A stretch of DNA of 64,000 bases from Macrostomum lignano (Eukaryota). The stretch lies in contig NIVC01001632.1 in assembly GCA_002269645.1 (NCBI GenBank), forward strand, positions 186,001 through 250,000. Direction: 5' to 3'. The notes under the pieces were generated by a model. It saw only the letters and a list, made by a program, of their open reading frames with translations, did no database searches and had not been told where the DNA came from. Shown here piece by piece: positions 20,325 through 32,995 of this stretch. The translations under genes were made by a program, and so were the position numbers. Within the stretch, counting starts at the first letter, position 1. Every line of letters starts with the position of its first letter.

Positions 20325-22425
20325 GAGTGCCAATCAAATCTCCAATCCCACCTGCCAATCAAATCTCCAATCCCCACCTGCCAATCAAATCTCCAATCCC
20401 CACCTGCCAATCAAATCTCCAATCCCCACCTGCCAATCAAATCTCCAATCCCACCTGCCAATCAAATCTCCAATCCTACCTGCCAATCAAATCTCCAATC
20501 CCCACCTGCCAATCAAATCTCCAATCCTACCTGCCAATCAAATCTCCAATCCCCACCTGCCAATCAAATCTCCAATCCTACCTGCCAATCAAATCTCCAA
20601 TCCCACCTGCCAATCAAATCTCCAATCCTACCTGCCAATCAAATCTCCAATCCCCACCTGCCAATCAAATCTCCAATCCTACCTGCCAATCAAATCTCCA
20701 ATCCCCACCTGCCAATCAAATCTCCAATCCTACCTGCCAATCAAATCTCCAATCCCCACCTGCCAATCAAATCTCCAATCCCACCTGCCAATCAAATCTC
20801 CAATCCCCACCTGCCAATCAAATCTCCAATCCCACCTGCCAATCAAATCTCCAATCCCCACCTGCCAATCAAATCTCCAATCCCCACCTGCCAATCAAAT
20901 CTCCAATCCCACCTGCCAATCAAATCTCCAATCCTACCTGCCAATCAAATCTCCAATCCCCACCTGCCAATCAAATCTCCAATCCCACCTGCCAATCAAA
21001 TCTCCAATCCCACCTGCCAATCAAATCTCCAATCCCACCTGCCAATCAAATCTCCAATCCCCACCTGCCAATCAAATCTCCAATCCCCACCTGCCAATCA
21101 AATCTCCAATCCCCACCTGCCAATCAAATCTCCAATCCTACCTGCCAATCAAATCTCCAATCCCCACCTGCCAATCAAATCTCCAATCCCCACCTGCCAA
21201 TCAAATCTCCAATCCCCACCTGCCAATCAAATCTCCAATCCCCACCTGCCAATCAAATCTCCAATCCCCACCTGCCAATCAAATCTCCAATCAAATCTCC
21301 AATCCCCACCTGCCAATCAAATCTCCAATCCCCACCTGCCAATCAAATCTCCAATCCCCACCTGCCAATCAAATCTCCAATCCCCACCTGCCAATCAAAT
21401 CTCCAATCAAATCTCCAATCCCCACCTGCCAATCAAATCTCCAATCCCCACCTGCCAATCAAATCTCCAATCCCCACCTGCCAATCAAAGCTCCAATAAA
21501 ATCTCCAATCAAATCTCCAATCCCCACCTGCCAATCAAATCTCCAATCCCCACCTGCCAATCAAATCTCCAATCCCACCTGCCAATCAAATCTCCAATCC
21601 CCACCTGCCAATCAAATCTCCAATCCCACATGCCAATCAAATCTCCAATCCCCACCTGCCAATCAAATCTCCAATCCCCACCTGCCAATCAAAGCTCCAA
21701 TAAAATCTCCAATCAAATCTCCAATCCCCACCTGCCAATCAAATCTCCAATCCCCACCTGCCAATCAAATCTCCAATCCCACCTGCCAATCAAATCTCCA
21801 ATCCCACCTGCCAATCAAATCTCCAATCCCCACCTGCCAATCAAATCTCCAATCCCCACCTGCCAATCAAATCTCCAATCCCCACCTGCCAATCAAATCT
21901 CCAATCCTACCTGCCAATCAAATCTCCAATCCCCACCTGCCAATCAAATCTCCAATCCCCACCTGCCAATCAAATCTCCAATCCCCACCTGCCAATCAAA
22001 TCTCCAATCCTACCTGCCAATCAAATCTCCAATCCCCACCTGCCAATCAAATCTCCAATCCCCACCTGCCAATCAAATCTCCAATCCCCACCTGCCAATC
22101 AAATCTCCAATCCCCACCTGCCAATCAAATCTCCAATCAAATCTCCAATCCCCACCTGCCAATCAAATCTCCAATCCCCACCTGCCAATCAAAGCTCCAA
22201 TCCCACCTGCCAATCAAATCTCCAATCCCCACCTGCCAATCGAATCTCCAATCCCCACCTGCCAATCAAAGCTCCAATAAAATCTCCAATCAAATCTCCA
22301 ATCCCCACCTGCCAATCAAATCTCCAATCCCCACCTGCCAATCAAATCTCCAATCCCACCTGCCAATCAAATCTCTAATCCCACCTGCCAATCAAATCTC
22401 CAATCCCACCTGCCAATCAAAGCTT
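20325..22425. repeat. 26/27-bp minisatellite CCACCTGCCAATCAAATCTCCAATCC
   Basis: About 80 copies; the 772-aa ORF is an artefact. Confidence 0.95.
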
Positions 22426-22571
22426 CAATCCATAAGGCCATAACCTTTGTTCGTATGTTATACAACTCAATTTAAGGGTTACACTAAACCTGGTAGCCTA
22501 ATTAATGTTTATATAAGTTAAATCACGCCAGAAGTATAGTCAATTAATTTCTTAGACACCTGCGCAGCTCT

Positions 22572-23108
22572 CTACGCAATCCGAGCCAGAAGCAGATGGG
22601 CAGCCAATCCAGCAGCAATGCTAGCAGCAAGCCAGGACCGACTAATTCCATCAGCCGAGTTGCAGCCAGGGCCCACGCAGTAGCAAATCTCCTTGGTGGT
22701 GCCGGCTCCGTACATTGTGTGGCAGCCGGTGCCCATGCCAGGCGGTATCTCGGCGCAGTCCCGGGTAACCACTGTGGCAATCAGTGTGGCCGCCTCCCTC
22801 ATGCCACCGCCCTGCTTGTCAATGTGATAGCGCCAGGCCTTAGTTGTCATCTTCACGCACCCGTTCAGGTCTCTATTCCTGCACTTGGTGTGCCGGTTGC
22901 CAGTGAGGGATAAGCTAGCGTTGCAGAAGCGCTCGGCTAGGGAGGCGTCTTTAGAATTGCGGCTATTCAATTCGAAATAATTGTCGCAGATGACGCAATC
23001 GGCGACGGCGAGGCTGGGCAACGGGCACTGGGCGACCAGTAGGGCGATGAATAGCGGGATCGCCAGGCTGGCACTGGGCAGTGGCATCTTTGCTTTGCTG
23101 TGCGTCAT
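22572..23108 (-). CDS. Ly6/uPAR three-finger (quiver/sleepless-type) GPI-anchored protein, single exon, 178 aa (alternative ATG at 23087)
   Basis: Signal peptide (LAIPLFIALLVAQ), ten Cys (CVIC...FC...KC...GC...DC...GC...CYC...GCN) and a hydrophobic C-terminal GPI-type tail. Confidence 0.85.
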   Translation of the reverse strand: MTHSKAKMPLPSASLAIPLFIALLVAQCPLPSLAVADCVICDNYFELNSRNSKDASLAERFCNASLSLTGNRHTKCRNRDLNGCVKMTTKAWRYHIDKQGGGMREAATLIATVVTRDCAEIPPGMGTGCHTMYGAGTTKEICYCVGPGCNSADGISRSWLAASIAAGLAAHLLLARIA

Positions 23109-23174
23109 GCACACGAGTGATTGTGTATGTGAGTGCGTGTCTAATAGCGACTGTTGCGCTGGTGTATGCCGGAT

Positions 23175-23810
23175 ATCATGTTAGGTTTAGCATCAGGGGG
23201 CGCTTACTTTAGCATCAGGGGTGCCTACTCTAATATCAATTTTAGCATTAGGGACGCCTACTTTAGTATCAATTTTAGCATCAAGGGTGCCTACTTCACT
23301 ATCACTTTTAGCATCAAGGGTGCCTACTTCACTATCACTTTTAGCATCAAGGGTGCCTACTTCACTATCACTTTTAGCATCAAGGGTGCCTACTTCACTA
23401 TCACTTTTAGCATCAAGGGTGCCTACTTCACTATCACTTTTAGCATCAAGGGTGCCTACTTCACTATCACTTTTAGCATCAAGGGTGCCTACTTCACTAT
23501 CACTTTTAGCATCAAGGGTGCCTACTTCACTATCACTTTTAGCATCAAGGGTGCCTACTTCACTATCACTTTTAGCATCAAGGGTGCCTACTTCACTATC
23601 ACTTTTAGCATCAAGGGTGCCTACTTCACTATCACTTTTAGCATCAAGGGTGCCTACTTCACTATCACTTTTAGCATCAAGGGTGCCTACTTCACTATCA
23701 CTTTTAGCATCAAGGGTGCCTACTTCACTATCACTTTTAGCATCAAGGGTGCCTACTTCACTATCACTTTTAGCATCAAGGGTGCCTACTTCACTATCAC
23801 TTTTAGTATC
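23175..23810. repeat. 33-bp minisatellite GTGCCTACTTCACTATCACTTTTAGCATCAAGG
   Basis: Near-perfect tandem copies between the two Ly6 genes. Confidence 0.95.
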
Positions 23811-24499
23811 AAAGTGCAGAAACTTAGTTTTTTATATTCTACGCGAAGTTACTTTGACTGAGTTTAATCTAAATCGCAGTGTCACTGTTAATATATCTGT
23901 TAGACTAGGCGCATATTTAAGCATCATAAATTTGCTCAGCTACAACGCTTTAGACTGCTTGTGCAAGTGAAACTTTAAGTCAGTGATTTAGAGAGCCGTA
24001 GGGCACGCCAAGGATAGCACTGTGTGACTGACTGACCACAGAAGGGAGTTCAATCGTTTTTGACCCCCCCCCCTTTCATTTTTGCCCAATGGCCGAACGA
24101 GAGAGATGGATAGAGAGTAGCAATAGTCAAATAGAAAGCGAGAGAAAAGACAAAAAGAAACAGGGCCGGAGAGGAGAAGTCGAAAAATGAGCAGCGACCC
24201 CACTTCAGACTGCTGCGAAGCATTCAATCATCCCGACTGAAGAGACGGAAGCAGCGGCGGCAAGGCGGGGAACTAATAATATAAAGCCGCTAAGGAAGAA
24301 AAGGAAAGCACGGGAAAAAGAGGCTGCAAAAGAAGCAGAGATCCTGACAGAAACGGCCACCTGAACGCAGCTGTGTGAGTTCAATTACTATTTCACTGCA
24401 TCTAGTTGCCACCCGCTCTAATATATCCATCACCTTGGTCCGGTCGCAGGTGAACCGGTTCGCTAAGACTCTGAAACGAGGATATTAACTGTGACGATC

Positions 24500-26289
24500 A
24501 TGAGTGCCCGGCTGATAGGTAAAAGTGACTGATGACTAAGCAGTTCTGGCAATACACTACTAGTACGTAGGTGAGGTGGGTGCAGGAATGGGGTGTGCTT
24601 TAGGGCAGGGAGTGAGGTGGGTGCAATAATGGGGTGTGCTTTACGGCAGGGAGTGAGGTGGGTGCAGGAATGGGGTGTGCTTTAGGGCAGGGAGTGAGGT
24701 GGGTGCAGGAATGGGGTGTGCTTTAGGGCAGGGAGTGAGGTGGGTGCAAGAATGGGGTGTGCTTTATGGCAGGGAGTGAGGTGGGTGCAGGAACGGGTGT
24801 GCTTTAAGGCAGGGAGTGAGGTGGGTGCAGGAATGGGGTGCGCTTTATGGCAGGGAGTGAGGTGAGGTAGAAAAGTCCTCCCAACAACCAACTAAGAATG
24901 AAAAAGAGCAACAAGAAAAACATGGGAGATAAGCGAGCATTATTGCAGACAGGGGCGCGCCCAGACAAGCAGTGAATATAAATAGATAGAGACAGCAAGC
25001 GAGAGATGTTCAATAAAGATTTAGCCGCTAGACCCGTGAAATTGAGTTTCCGCTAAGATGCGTCGACTCTGCACCCAGGGCTAACAAAGTTTCCCATATA
25101 GGGGCGAGATTTCGCTAAGCTTTGTGACAAACTAAACTTAGCCCCAAAAGCAGATACAGACTTTTAGTTTTGTATTATTCTCAGAGCAAAGCCATACACT
25201 CGTATGATCTGCATGACAACAAATTTGCAGTGATTGTTCTGGCGTACACGCTGACGCAACAAGTGAGAGGAGGAGTGGAGACTGATATCAACTGCAGCAG
25301 TGAGTGAAGAGCTTTGAAGAGCGCCCACTTTAGCACGAGGGCCCATACTTATGTATCAAATCTAGGTTTAGGTTCTACTTAGGGATCGGGCGCCTACTTT
25401 AGGATCAGGATGTCTACTTTAGGATCAGGATGTCTACTTTAGGATCAGGGTGTCTACTTTAGGATCAGGATGTCTACTTTAGGATCAGGATGTCTACTTT
25501 AGGATCAGGATGTCTACTTTAGAATCGGGGTGATTACTGAAGTATCAGTGGTGATTACTAAAGTATCAGGGGTGATCACTAAAGTATCAGTGGTGATTAC
25601 TTAAGTATCAGGAGTCATTATTAAGGCATCAGGGGTGATTACTTAAGTATCAGGGGTGATTACTAAAGTATCAGGGATGCATCTTTAGCATTCAAATAGC
25701 TGGACATACTCGATGAACCACAGACCAATTCCAGTATCAGTATTACACTACTCAATCCCCTGCATCCAGAAAAAGTATTCAACTGCATCCAGTGCTCAAC
25801 AGACAGCAGCGATGCCGGGGCCAAAGCGTGCAGAGATCCATTTAATCCAACTCTGAGGCGAGAAGTTCACAATTTGCGCAAATGGAAAGGCAACGACGAA
25901 ATTAGTGGCAAAGCGCTGCTGGCCAGGTACAATATCAGCACCACACTATGCGACACTTTCTGCGTCAAATGGGTTAGGGCGACCCGGTTAGGTGAGCAAT
26001 AAAAGACAATAGACGATTTCTCTAAGTGTACTGTGCGCATAGAAACCAACCCCAATGAATAATTTCAGACCAGGCTATCAGCATAATTCGCACCTGTTCG
26101 ACTAAGATGAACATTCGATTTAATCAAAACTTGCCAGTGTGCATAAGTGAATCGCGTACAGGAAGTGGAGTGCTGTGCTTTTGTAAGGATGCCTTGTGCA
26201 ATACAGCTGGCAGCCTGTATGGTGGCAGACTATGGCCAACTGTTTTAGTTGCTATGGCACTCTTGCTAGCACTAAGTAGCATGAGGTGA
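24500..26289 (+). CDS. Ly6/uPAR three-finger (quiver-like) GPI-anchored protein; join(24500..24518,25231..25299,25770..25991,26069..26289), 176 aa
   Basis: Three phase-1 GT-AG introns give MSARLIVIVLAYTLTQQVRG (signal peptide), NCIQC...ACRDPFN...LCDTFCVKW...IRTCS...VCISESRTGSGVLCFCKDALCN and a hydrophobic tail. Exons 3-4 are secure; exons 1-2 are inferred. Confidence 0.8.
24570..24865. repeat. ~41-bp G-rich minisatellite (Ly6 gene 2, intron 1)
   Basis: Tandem GTGAGGTGGGTGCAGGAATGGGGTGTGCTTTAGGGCAGGGA. Confidence 0.9.
25375..25680. repeat. 20-bp minisatellite TCTACTTTAGGATCAGGATG and derivative (Ly6 gene 2, intron 2)
   Basis: Tandem copies. Confidence 0.85.
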
Positions 26290-28490
26290 AGCAGCAAAAT
26301 AGCTTTCTTTCTTCAATTAAATACAATACATTAATTTTACAAAATCATTTAAAATTCCTGCTTATGCTGATTTTTTCATATTTTTCAGTAATCAATTTAA
26401 GCAGCTTTGCATACAGTGAAATTCTGTAAACCTGCAATTGGTCAACAGTGATTTCAGTTTACAACTGGGCACACAAGAGACAGTAGAGACAAGAGTGCAA
26501 ATGATCAAGTCTGCTAGCTGCCTGCCTAGTTGTGCACACAGAACAGAAAGATTGAAAGTGATTGATAGAAGTCATTAGGTATATTACTCTATATATATCA
26601 GTCAAAATTGACATCTGAGTATACTCAGACTTCTGTGTAGCATTTTAATACAGGTATTTAAGAAAAAAAGAAAAAAACTATGTATAAATTTACTAATATT
26701 GGCAACTAATAAAAATGAAGAATAGCAAAATGCCTACTATTAAGTAGAAAAAAGATATTAAAAAATTAAGAATTATAACTATATCACCTGGATTAGGTAT
26801 CTGATAGAAGATAGATATTAGACTATGGAATAAAACCAAATAGCAAACCATTTTAACAGTTGAATTGCACATTTTATGATTGATAAACATACTTTTCAAG
26901 CATATAAATTCATTGTAATATACTTGTAAAAATACATTGCTTAAGATTTTCATACTTAAAGATAGGACAAAATGATTTTTTTATCCAATTTGATTTGAAT
27001 ATCTAATAGAACTGATTTGAATACCAAACAACAATGAAAATGAATATTTCATTCAACAATATACCAACTTTACTACCTATTAGTCACTTGTCAGTAGTGC
27101 TAATTGATAGTTGAAAGAATTCTTTCTAAATAAATTGACCTATCAAATTAACTAAAAATGTGAGCTGATTTTCATTTTTTTATGAATGCTCTATTCACTG
27201 TTCTATTTTCTTGTAAAAACTATCACACAGGTAAATGCTTTGGCAAAGCCATGAATTGCAATGACTAAACCTCTGCAGAAATGTCTAGCTAGAAGCATAT
27301 GGTCAACCAATAGGCCTGCATCTTCTTGTCTTATAAAATGTGCCTAGACCAAATGTCCAACCAACCCTTCTAAGTTTATGGTAATTAGCACCCCTGAATC
27401 CATGTTCCATAAACTTGATTTTTAATGCCTCACTTCTTCTAAAGCTTTAAAGTCTCCCTAAAGCCGTGGTATGCAATCTAAGCACATGCTCACAATTGCT
27501 TAAGCACCCAGCTTTTCCTCGAGATGTGCTATATGTTGCCCTATCTTTAATTTCCTCCCTCTTTTGTAAGCCATAAGCCCACAACCCCTAACACTCTCAA
27601 CTCATCAAACATAAACTTCTTAGTCCTTAATTCCCTAATTCCTATTTATTTCTAATTTTTCCCTTAATTCATGAACCAATACTCAATTTTATACCAATAA
27701 TTAGCTTTTAAGTTAACATGACTATTTTGTTTAGATTATCAACTTTCTGATTCTGATTTAAACCAAAAATTAGGTCAAATTGATTTGATTTCAAATAATT
27801 GTCCCATCTTTAGTCATACTATAGCTAGTTATTAAGCTTGAAAGATTTTAACCTTCAAATGAAATTTTGGGATGCATTAGACCCTATAATAATTTTCTAT
27901 ATATTTTTTATAGAAAATTTCTGTTATTATAGCCAATCCCATTGAGGGTTTAAATGATAACAATGAAAAAATGACTAAAACATAAGAAGATAAGAAGATA
28001 AAAAGAAGATAATCTACTTATAAACAAATGATTTATATATATAGAAAAAGTTTAACTAGGCCTAATAATAACATTTTCATCAAATAGGTTAAATTGTAAA
28101 ATGGTTCAAAAAGGCAACTAGTTAAATAAATTGTTGTTATCTAATAATAAATTTTTAAATGAGTATGATAAATACTATAACAATAATTATTAGGCCTAGC
28201 ATATAAATATTTATCAAATGAAATATTTTCAGTTTATTCTAAAAAAATTCTATTTAGGTCAAGTTGTCTCATTTATATCTATATCATTGCATTGAAAAAC
28301 AAGAATATTTAATTCTATAAATAGGATGGTCTACTGAATTCTTTTTTTCTCTATTTATTTTATTCAATGTATCAATCAAACAATGAGTTTGTTAAAAGAA
28401 TTTTTTTAAAGTAACAATATCAATTATTTTATTATACACTAAACTTTTATACTTAGCAACCATTTTTGCTAATAAATAAAATGATAATGG

Positions 28491-29090
28491 GGCACATCAC
28501 CAAGATGGCCATACACCAAGATGGCCACAGATCTAAATGTCTAAATTAAAATAAATAATAATAAGTATAGGTCTATATTTCACTCATTTCCATTTTCTTA
28601 TTGGTAATAATTAGGAAGATAGATGCTAAAATGGAATTATATTACATTACATTATAATCATTCGGATTCATTCCCTTTGTTTTTAGGCCTAGCTTTTATT
28701 ATAGCTTGACTTATAGATGTTTAGATACTAAATCAAGCAAGTAGCAAAGCATAAAATAAATACCTTGTTGCATATTTATCTCATTTTGTATAGCATTAAT
28801 ATTAGCAATGGTTTCTTAATAAACTGAAAGTGATATATTTGATATATATTGACTTATGGGAATAAATTAGCATAAACACTAAAAAGCTTAAAGATTTTAT
28901 ATTATGAATAATTTGTTTCAAATCTATTATTGTATCAATATTTATAAATATGAGTGATTAAAAGAAAATAATGCATGATAATAAAACAATAGCTATTAAG
29001 TTGCTAATTATTGTTAGAGAGAAAATAGATATAATAGAGATTTAATGTGGCTATGGCCATTTTGGTGTGTAGCCATCTTGGTCTCACACT
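28491..29090. mobile_element. Putative MITE with 29-bp subterminal inverted repeats
   Basis: ACCAAGATGGCCATACACCAAGATGGCCA (28499..28527) versus the reverse complement of 29054..29082, 3 mismatches. Flanks GATAATGG and AATAATGG could be an 8-bp TSD with one mismatch. Confidence 0.45.
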
Positions 29091-29282
29091 AATAATGGCG
29101 ATAAAATATTGATAATTAAAATAAAAATTGAAAATATTGGAATAAAATACTTAAAAAGTTTGTAATTCAAGCAAACATAAATACAGTTAGTTATAAACAA
29201 CAAATATAGCCATAGATAAATAAATTCATATATAACTCTTACAGGCTTACAAAATCATTTTTCATTAAGATTCAAACTTAGA

Positions 29283-29457
29283 TAGGGGCAGACCGAAGGG
29301 GGGGGCAATGGGGCCATGCCCCCCTTAGCTCTGCCAAAAAATCCTTAGATGTATTGGTATCATGCTGTATTGGTATCATGGTATCCTAATTGCAGCTCTG
29401 GCCTGACCAGATGTGAGGCTTGCCCCCCCCCCACAATAAAATCCAGGTCCGCCCCTG
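29283..29457. mobile_element. hAT-type MITE, 175 bp
   Basis: TIRs TAGGGGCAGACC / GGTCCGCCCCTG and a perfect 8-bp TSD AACTTAGA (29275..29282, 29458..29465). An 8-bp TSD is the hAT signature. Confidence 0.8.
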
Positions 29458-31423
29458 AACTTAGATCAGTATACAAAAGTTCAAATTCCAGCCAAGAATC
29501 AATTTAGAATACTTCTTTTAAAACATTGAACAATATTATAATTAATATAGTATTCAATATATCAAGCTATTGGAATCTATTATTAAAGAACCTTTATTTC
29601 AATTATTGCATATATAGCATACTACTTAAAATTATAAAATTGACAAAAATAAAATCTATTAAAAAATTCTAAGCCTAGCTGCCTAGCCAGACTGATATAT
29701 AGCAATAAAATACATAATATAATTGAGCCTACAATTTAATTTTGTAGTAGTGCTTCAATACTGTACGAATTTTGAGCAATAAAGGTATGTTTTCTTAGAA
29801 ACCAAACTTGTGCGAAATACTAGATAAATATTTCGTTTTACTGTACCGAATAATTTGTTTTACTGCGTGAAATAAATTGGGGAATTATTTTTTGTTTTAA
29901 TTGTATGGGGGGAAACCACTATATATAGGAGTGATTTTGTAGCAAATAAACCAACTGTCTTTTACCTGTGAGCAAATATCGCGAACAAAATAAGCAGTTC
30001 AATCTAAACCTTTCAAAGTCTTTCGAGTTGATTAGCAACTTATTCATTTGCAAAGTCTGAGAAACGATTCCAAGAGATTTGCTAAGAAAAGGGAATCAGG
30101 GGATAATTCGCAGAAGTATTACAAGAGGCGCCGTGACCCTCTAGCCTCGGCGAACGCCCGATTAGGACTATTCACTAATATATATACTAGTACTAGACCG
30201 CTCAGGCCATAAGCTACTAGAACGCTACCAGAAAGCTGGCCAAAAGCTACCAGAAACGATACTAAGAACGCTACCCAGAAATATTTAAATGAAATTCTAA
30301 GAAATAGTTAGGGAGTAGAGACAAGTATAATCAGGATAACTGTAGTTGGCAAACAGGAATAACCCCTGTGACAACTTGGTGGCATAACAATGGAAATTTC
30401 ATAGAAGCCAAAAGTCCTGTTACCACCTAGTATCAGCGGTTGGGATTAAAATTGATAAAGTAGGAGGTAAAACACCGGTAACAAGTTAACAACTTGGTGG
30501 CAATATTGGGATAGTTGGAGGACAGAAGTAAGCCCTACGACAATTTATATAATTTGGAAGTAATGTTAACAATTATTTATTGTGTAAATACTAAAAATAA
30601 TTTTATCTATTCATAAAACTATATATAAATTGTTATTTTTTATTATCACACAATATTATCTTAGTATACAATATTACATACAATCACAATATAATATAAT
30701 ATAATATATGCTATACATTTTTACTTAGTCTTAAAATAAAACATAAAATTTTATTTACAAAATCTGATTTTTTTAATCACTTGCTCTTGCAATTATGCAG
30801 CTAAAATAGAATAAATAGGTGAAATAATGAAAAAATAAAGATAGGTACAGACATCAGTATTTTTACAATAGAAATTTATTGAATCATTCTAATGACAATG
30901 TCTTGAGATCTACTGCTAATCCTTGGACAGTCTTGTCTGTTGTAATTCCTAACTGATTCAAGCGATAATGACCCACAGCTATATATTATATTTCTAGCTC
31001 AAGTATCTTTTTTTATAAAAATCGTTGCTTAAAAGTATTTATTTTTTACACAAAACGTTGAAAGATGTGAAATAAAAACGATTTATGCGAAAAAAAAGCG
31101 AACGAGCTTCTTCTTGGAACGATTTCCGCGCTGATATAGAGTTTGAATTAGTTCCGCGTAGCTACACAAACAAAATTTTATGCTTAAAGCTAACTTTACT
31201 TTGTATTTCTATACTATAATAATACTGTTTATTTAATAAAACTAGCTTTCCAATTTTTAAAGTAGGGTTCTGTAAACTGTCATAGGTTTTTAATGTACAC
31301 GATTAGGCTGCGTTAAATCTGTTAATTGCGTTCTAACTAACTTTATATTACTATATACGTATGGGCTAATAGCAGCTGAAATCACTACATGTAAATACAC
31401 TTAATACACTTTTCTTCTCTGTT

Positions 31424-31662
31424 CAGGGACAACGATCAATACTCGGCCGGGACGGGAAACGACAAAATTTGGAGGCCGATCTATTAATAACTTAGTCCTT
31501 GAAAAGCATTACTTGGATAGGTTCTACACTATACCTTGTAGTCAGTGAGTTTGTGTCAGCGATAAAAATCTATCCAAGCTATGCTTTTCTAGGACTAAAT
31601 TATTATATATAGATCTCGTCCTCCAAAGTTTCCCGTCCCGAGTATTGAGTACATAGTCCCTG
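31424..31662. mobile_element. Mutator-type MITE, 239 bp, long imperfect TIRs
   Basis: ~95-bp imperfect inverted arms beginning CAGGGAC. Flanks TTCTCTGTT and TTCTCCGTT give a 9-bp TSD with one mismatch, the MULE signature. Confidence 0.65.
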
Positions 31663-32304
31663 TTCTCCGTTTAAGGTTAAATTTAACATTGGGGCCTAAA
31701 AAGATGAATCAAATGATGTCCTGTGTTCTTTTAGTATCTATGTATGAAACTCAAAGAGGTAACATGCATGCAATTAAGTAAGCTTTTGGTCATTGAAAAA
31801 TCAGAATTTCAAGAATACTGTATTATGGCGCAAACACTAAACAAACATTAGTAATGTGCGCCCGACAATCCTAACTAAAGACTTACATTTGCTTAGTTGC
31901 TCCTAGTCAGTTGAACGAAGTGTGAATTTACGAGGAAAGCCAGCTGGACCTGATCAAACTGGTGAAGATGAGTGGCCAATTTACTGAAGCGAAGGTCGCA
32001 GTAGACCCGAAAACGAAATAGTTCCCAGTCAATCAACTTATCAATCAGTCAGATTCCCAAATCATGCAAACCAACCGCCAGGCATGCACTTTAGGGCTGT
32101 CCCAGGCGGTGAAGCGACAGGAATGAGTCATTAGAGTTAGTCTAAGGATCATTCTGAGGCTCTGATAGTTCTGCATCAGCTCCATCGGCCGACGAGTTGA
32201 CATTTCAAGACAAAAGCGAGCAATACATATGCATGTATTTTCTGGGAATTCTATAATTTAATAGTACATGCAGCGGTGCAGTACAAGACATGATGTCCTA
32301 TAGG

Positions 32305-32995
32305 TGCATGTGATGTATCTCAGTATATCCCTATCTATGATGTCCCATGGTTCCTGATCTAGCTGCATGTGATGTATCTCAGTATATCCCTATCTATGAT
32401 GTCCCATGGTTCCTGATCTAGCTGCATGTGATGTATCTCAGTATATCCCTATCTATGATGTCCCATGGTTCCTGATCTAGCTGCATGTGATGTATCTCAG
32501 TATATCCCTATCTATGATGTCCCATGGTTCCTGATCTAGCTGCATGTGATGTATCTCGTGTATATCCCTATCTATGATGTCCCATGGTTCCTGATCTAGC
32601 TGCATGTGATGTATCTCGTGTATATCCCTATCTATGATGTCCCATGGTTCCTGATCTAGCTGCATGTGATGTATCTCGTGTATATCCCTATCTATGATGT
32701 CCCATGGTTCCTGATCTAGCTGCATGTGATGTATCTCGTGTATATCCCTATCTATGATGTCCCATGGTTCCTGATCTAGCTGCATGTGATGTATCTCGTG
32801 TATATCCCTATCTATGATGTCCCATGGTTCCTGATCTAGCTGCATGTGATGTATCTCAGTATATCCCTATCTATGATGTCCCATGGTTCCTGATCTAGCT
32901 GCATGTGATGTATCTCGTGTATATCCCTATCTATGATGTCCCATGGTTCCTGATCTAGCTGCATGTGATGTATCTCGTGTATATCCCTATCCACG
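32305..32995. repeat. 59/60-bp minisatellite
   Basis: Successive 60-nt lines are identical at 32521..32820. Confidence 0.95.

Noticed and set aside
27230-27630. Coding remnant or alternative genetic code (ciliate or mitochondrial) in the AT-rich island
   Set aside because: Manual translation of all six frames gave frequent stops and no recognisable protein even with stop reassignment.
30330-30540. Repeated PVTTWW-like peptide motif
   Set aside because: It arises from a 14-bp direct repeat (ACAACTTGGTGGCA) in different frames with intervening stops; there is no coherent ORF.
32477-32845. 20-aa repeat ORF or CRISPR-like periodicity in the 60-bp array
   Set aside because: The units are identical head-to-tail with no unique spacers and no cas genes, and the ORF exists only where the unit length is 60.
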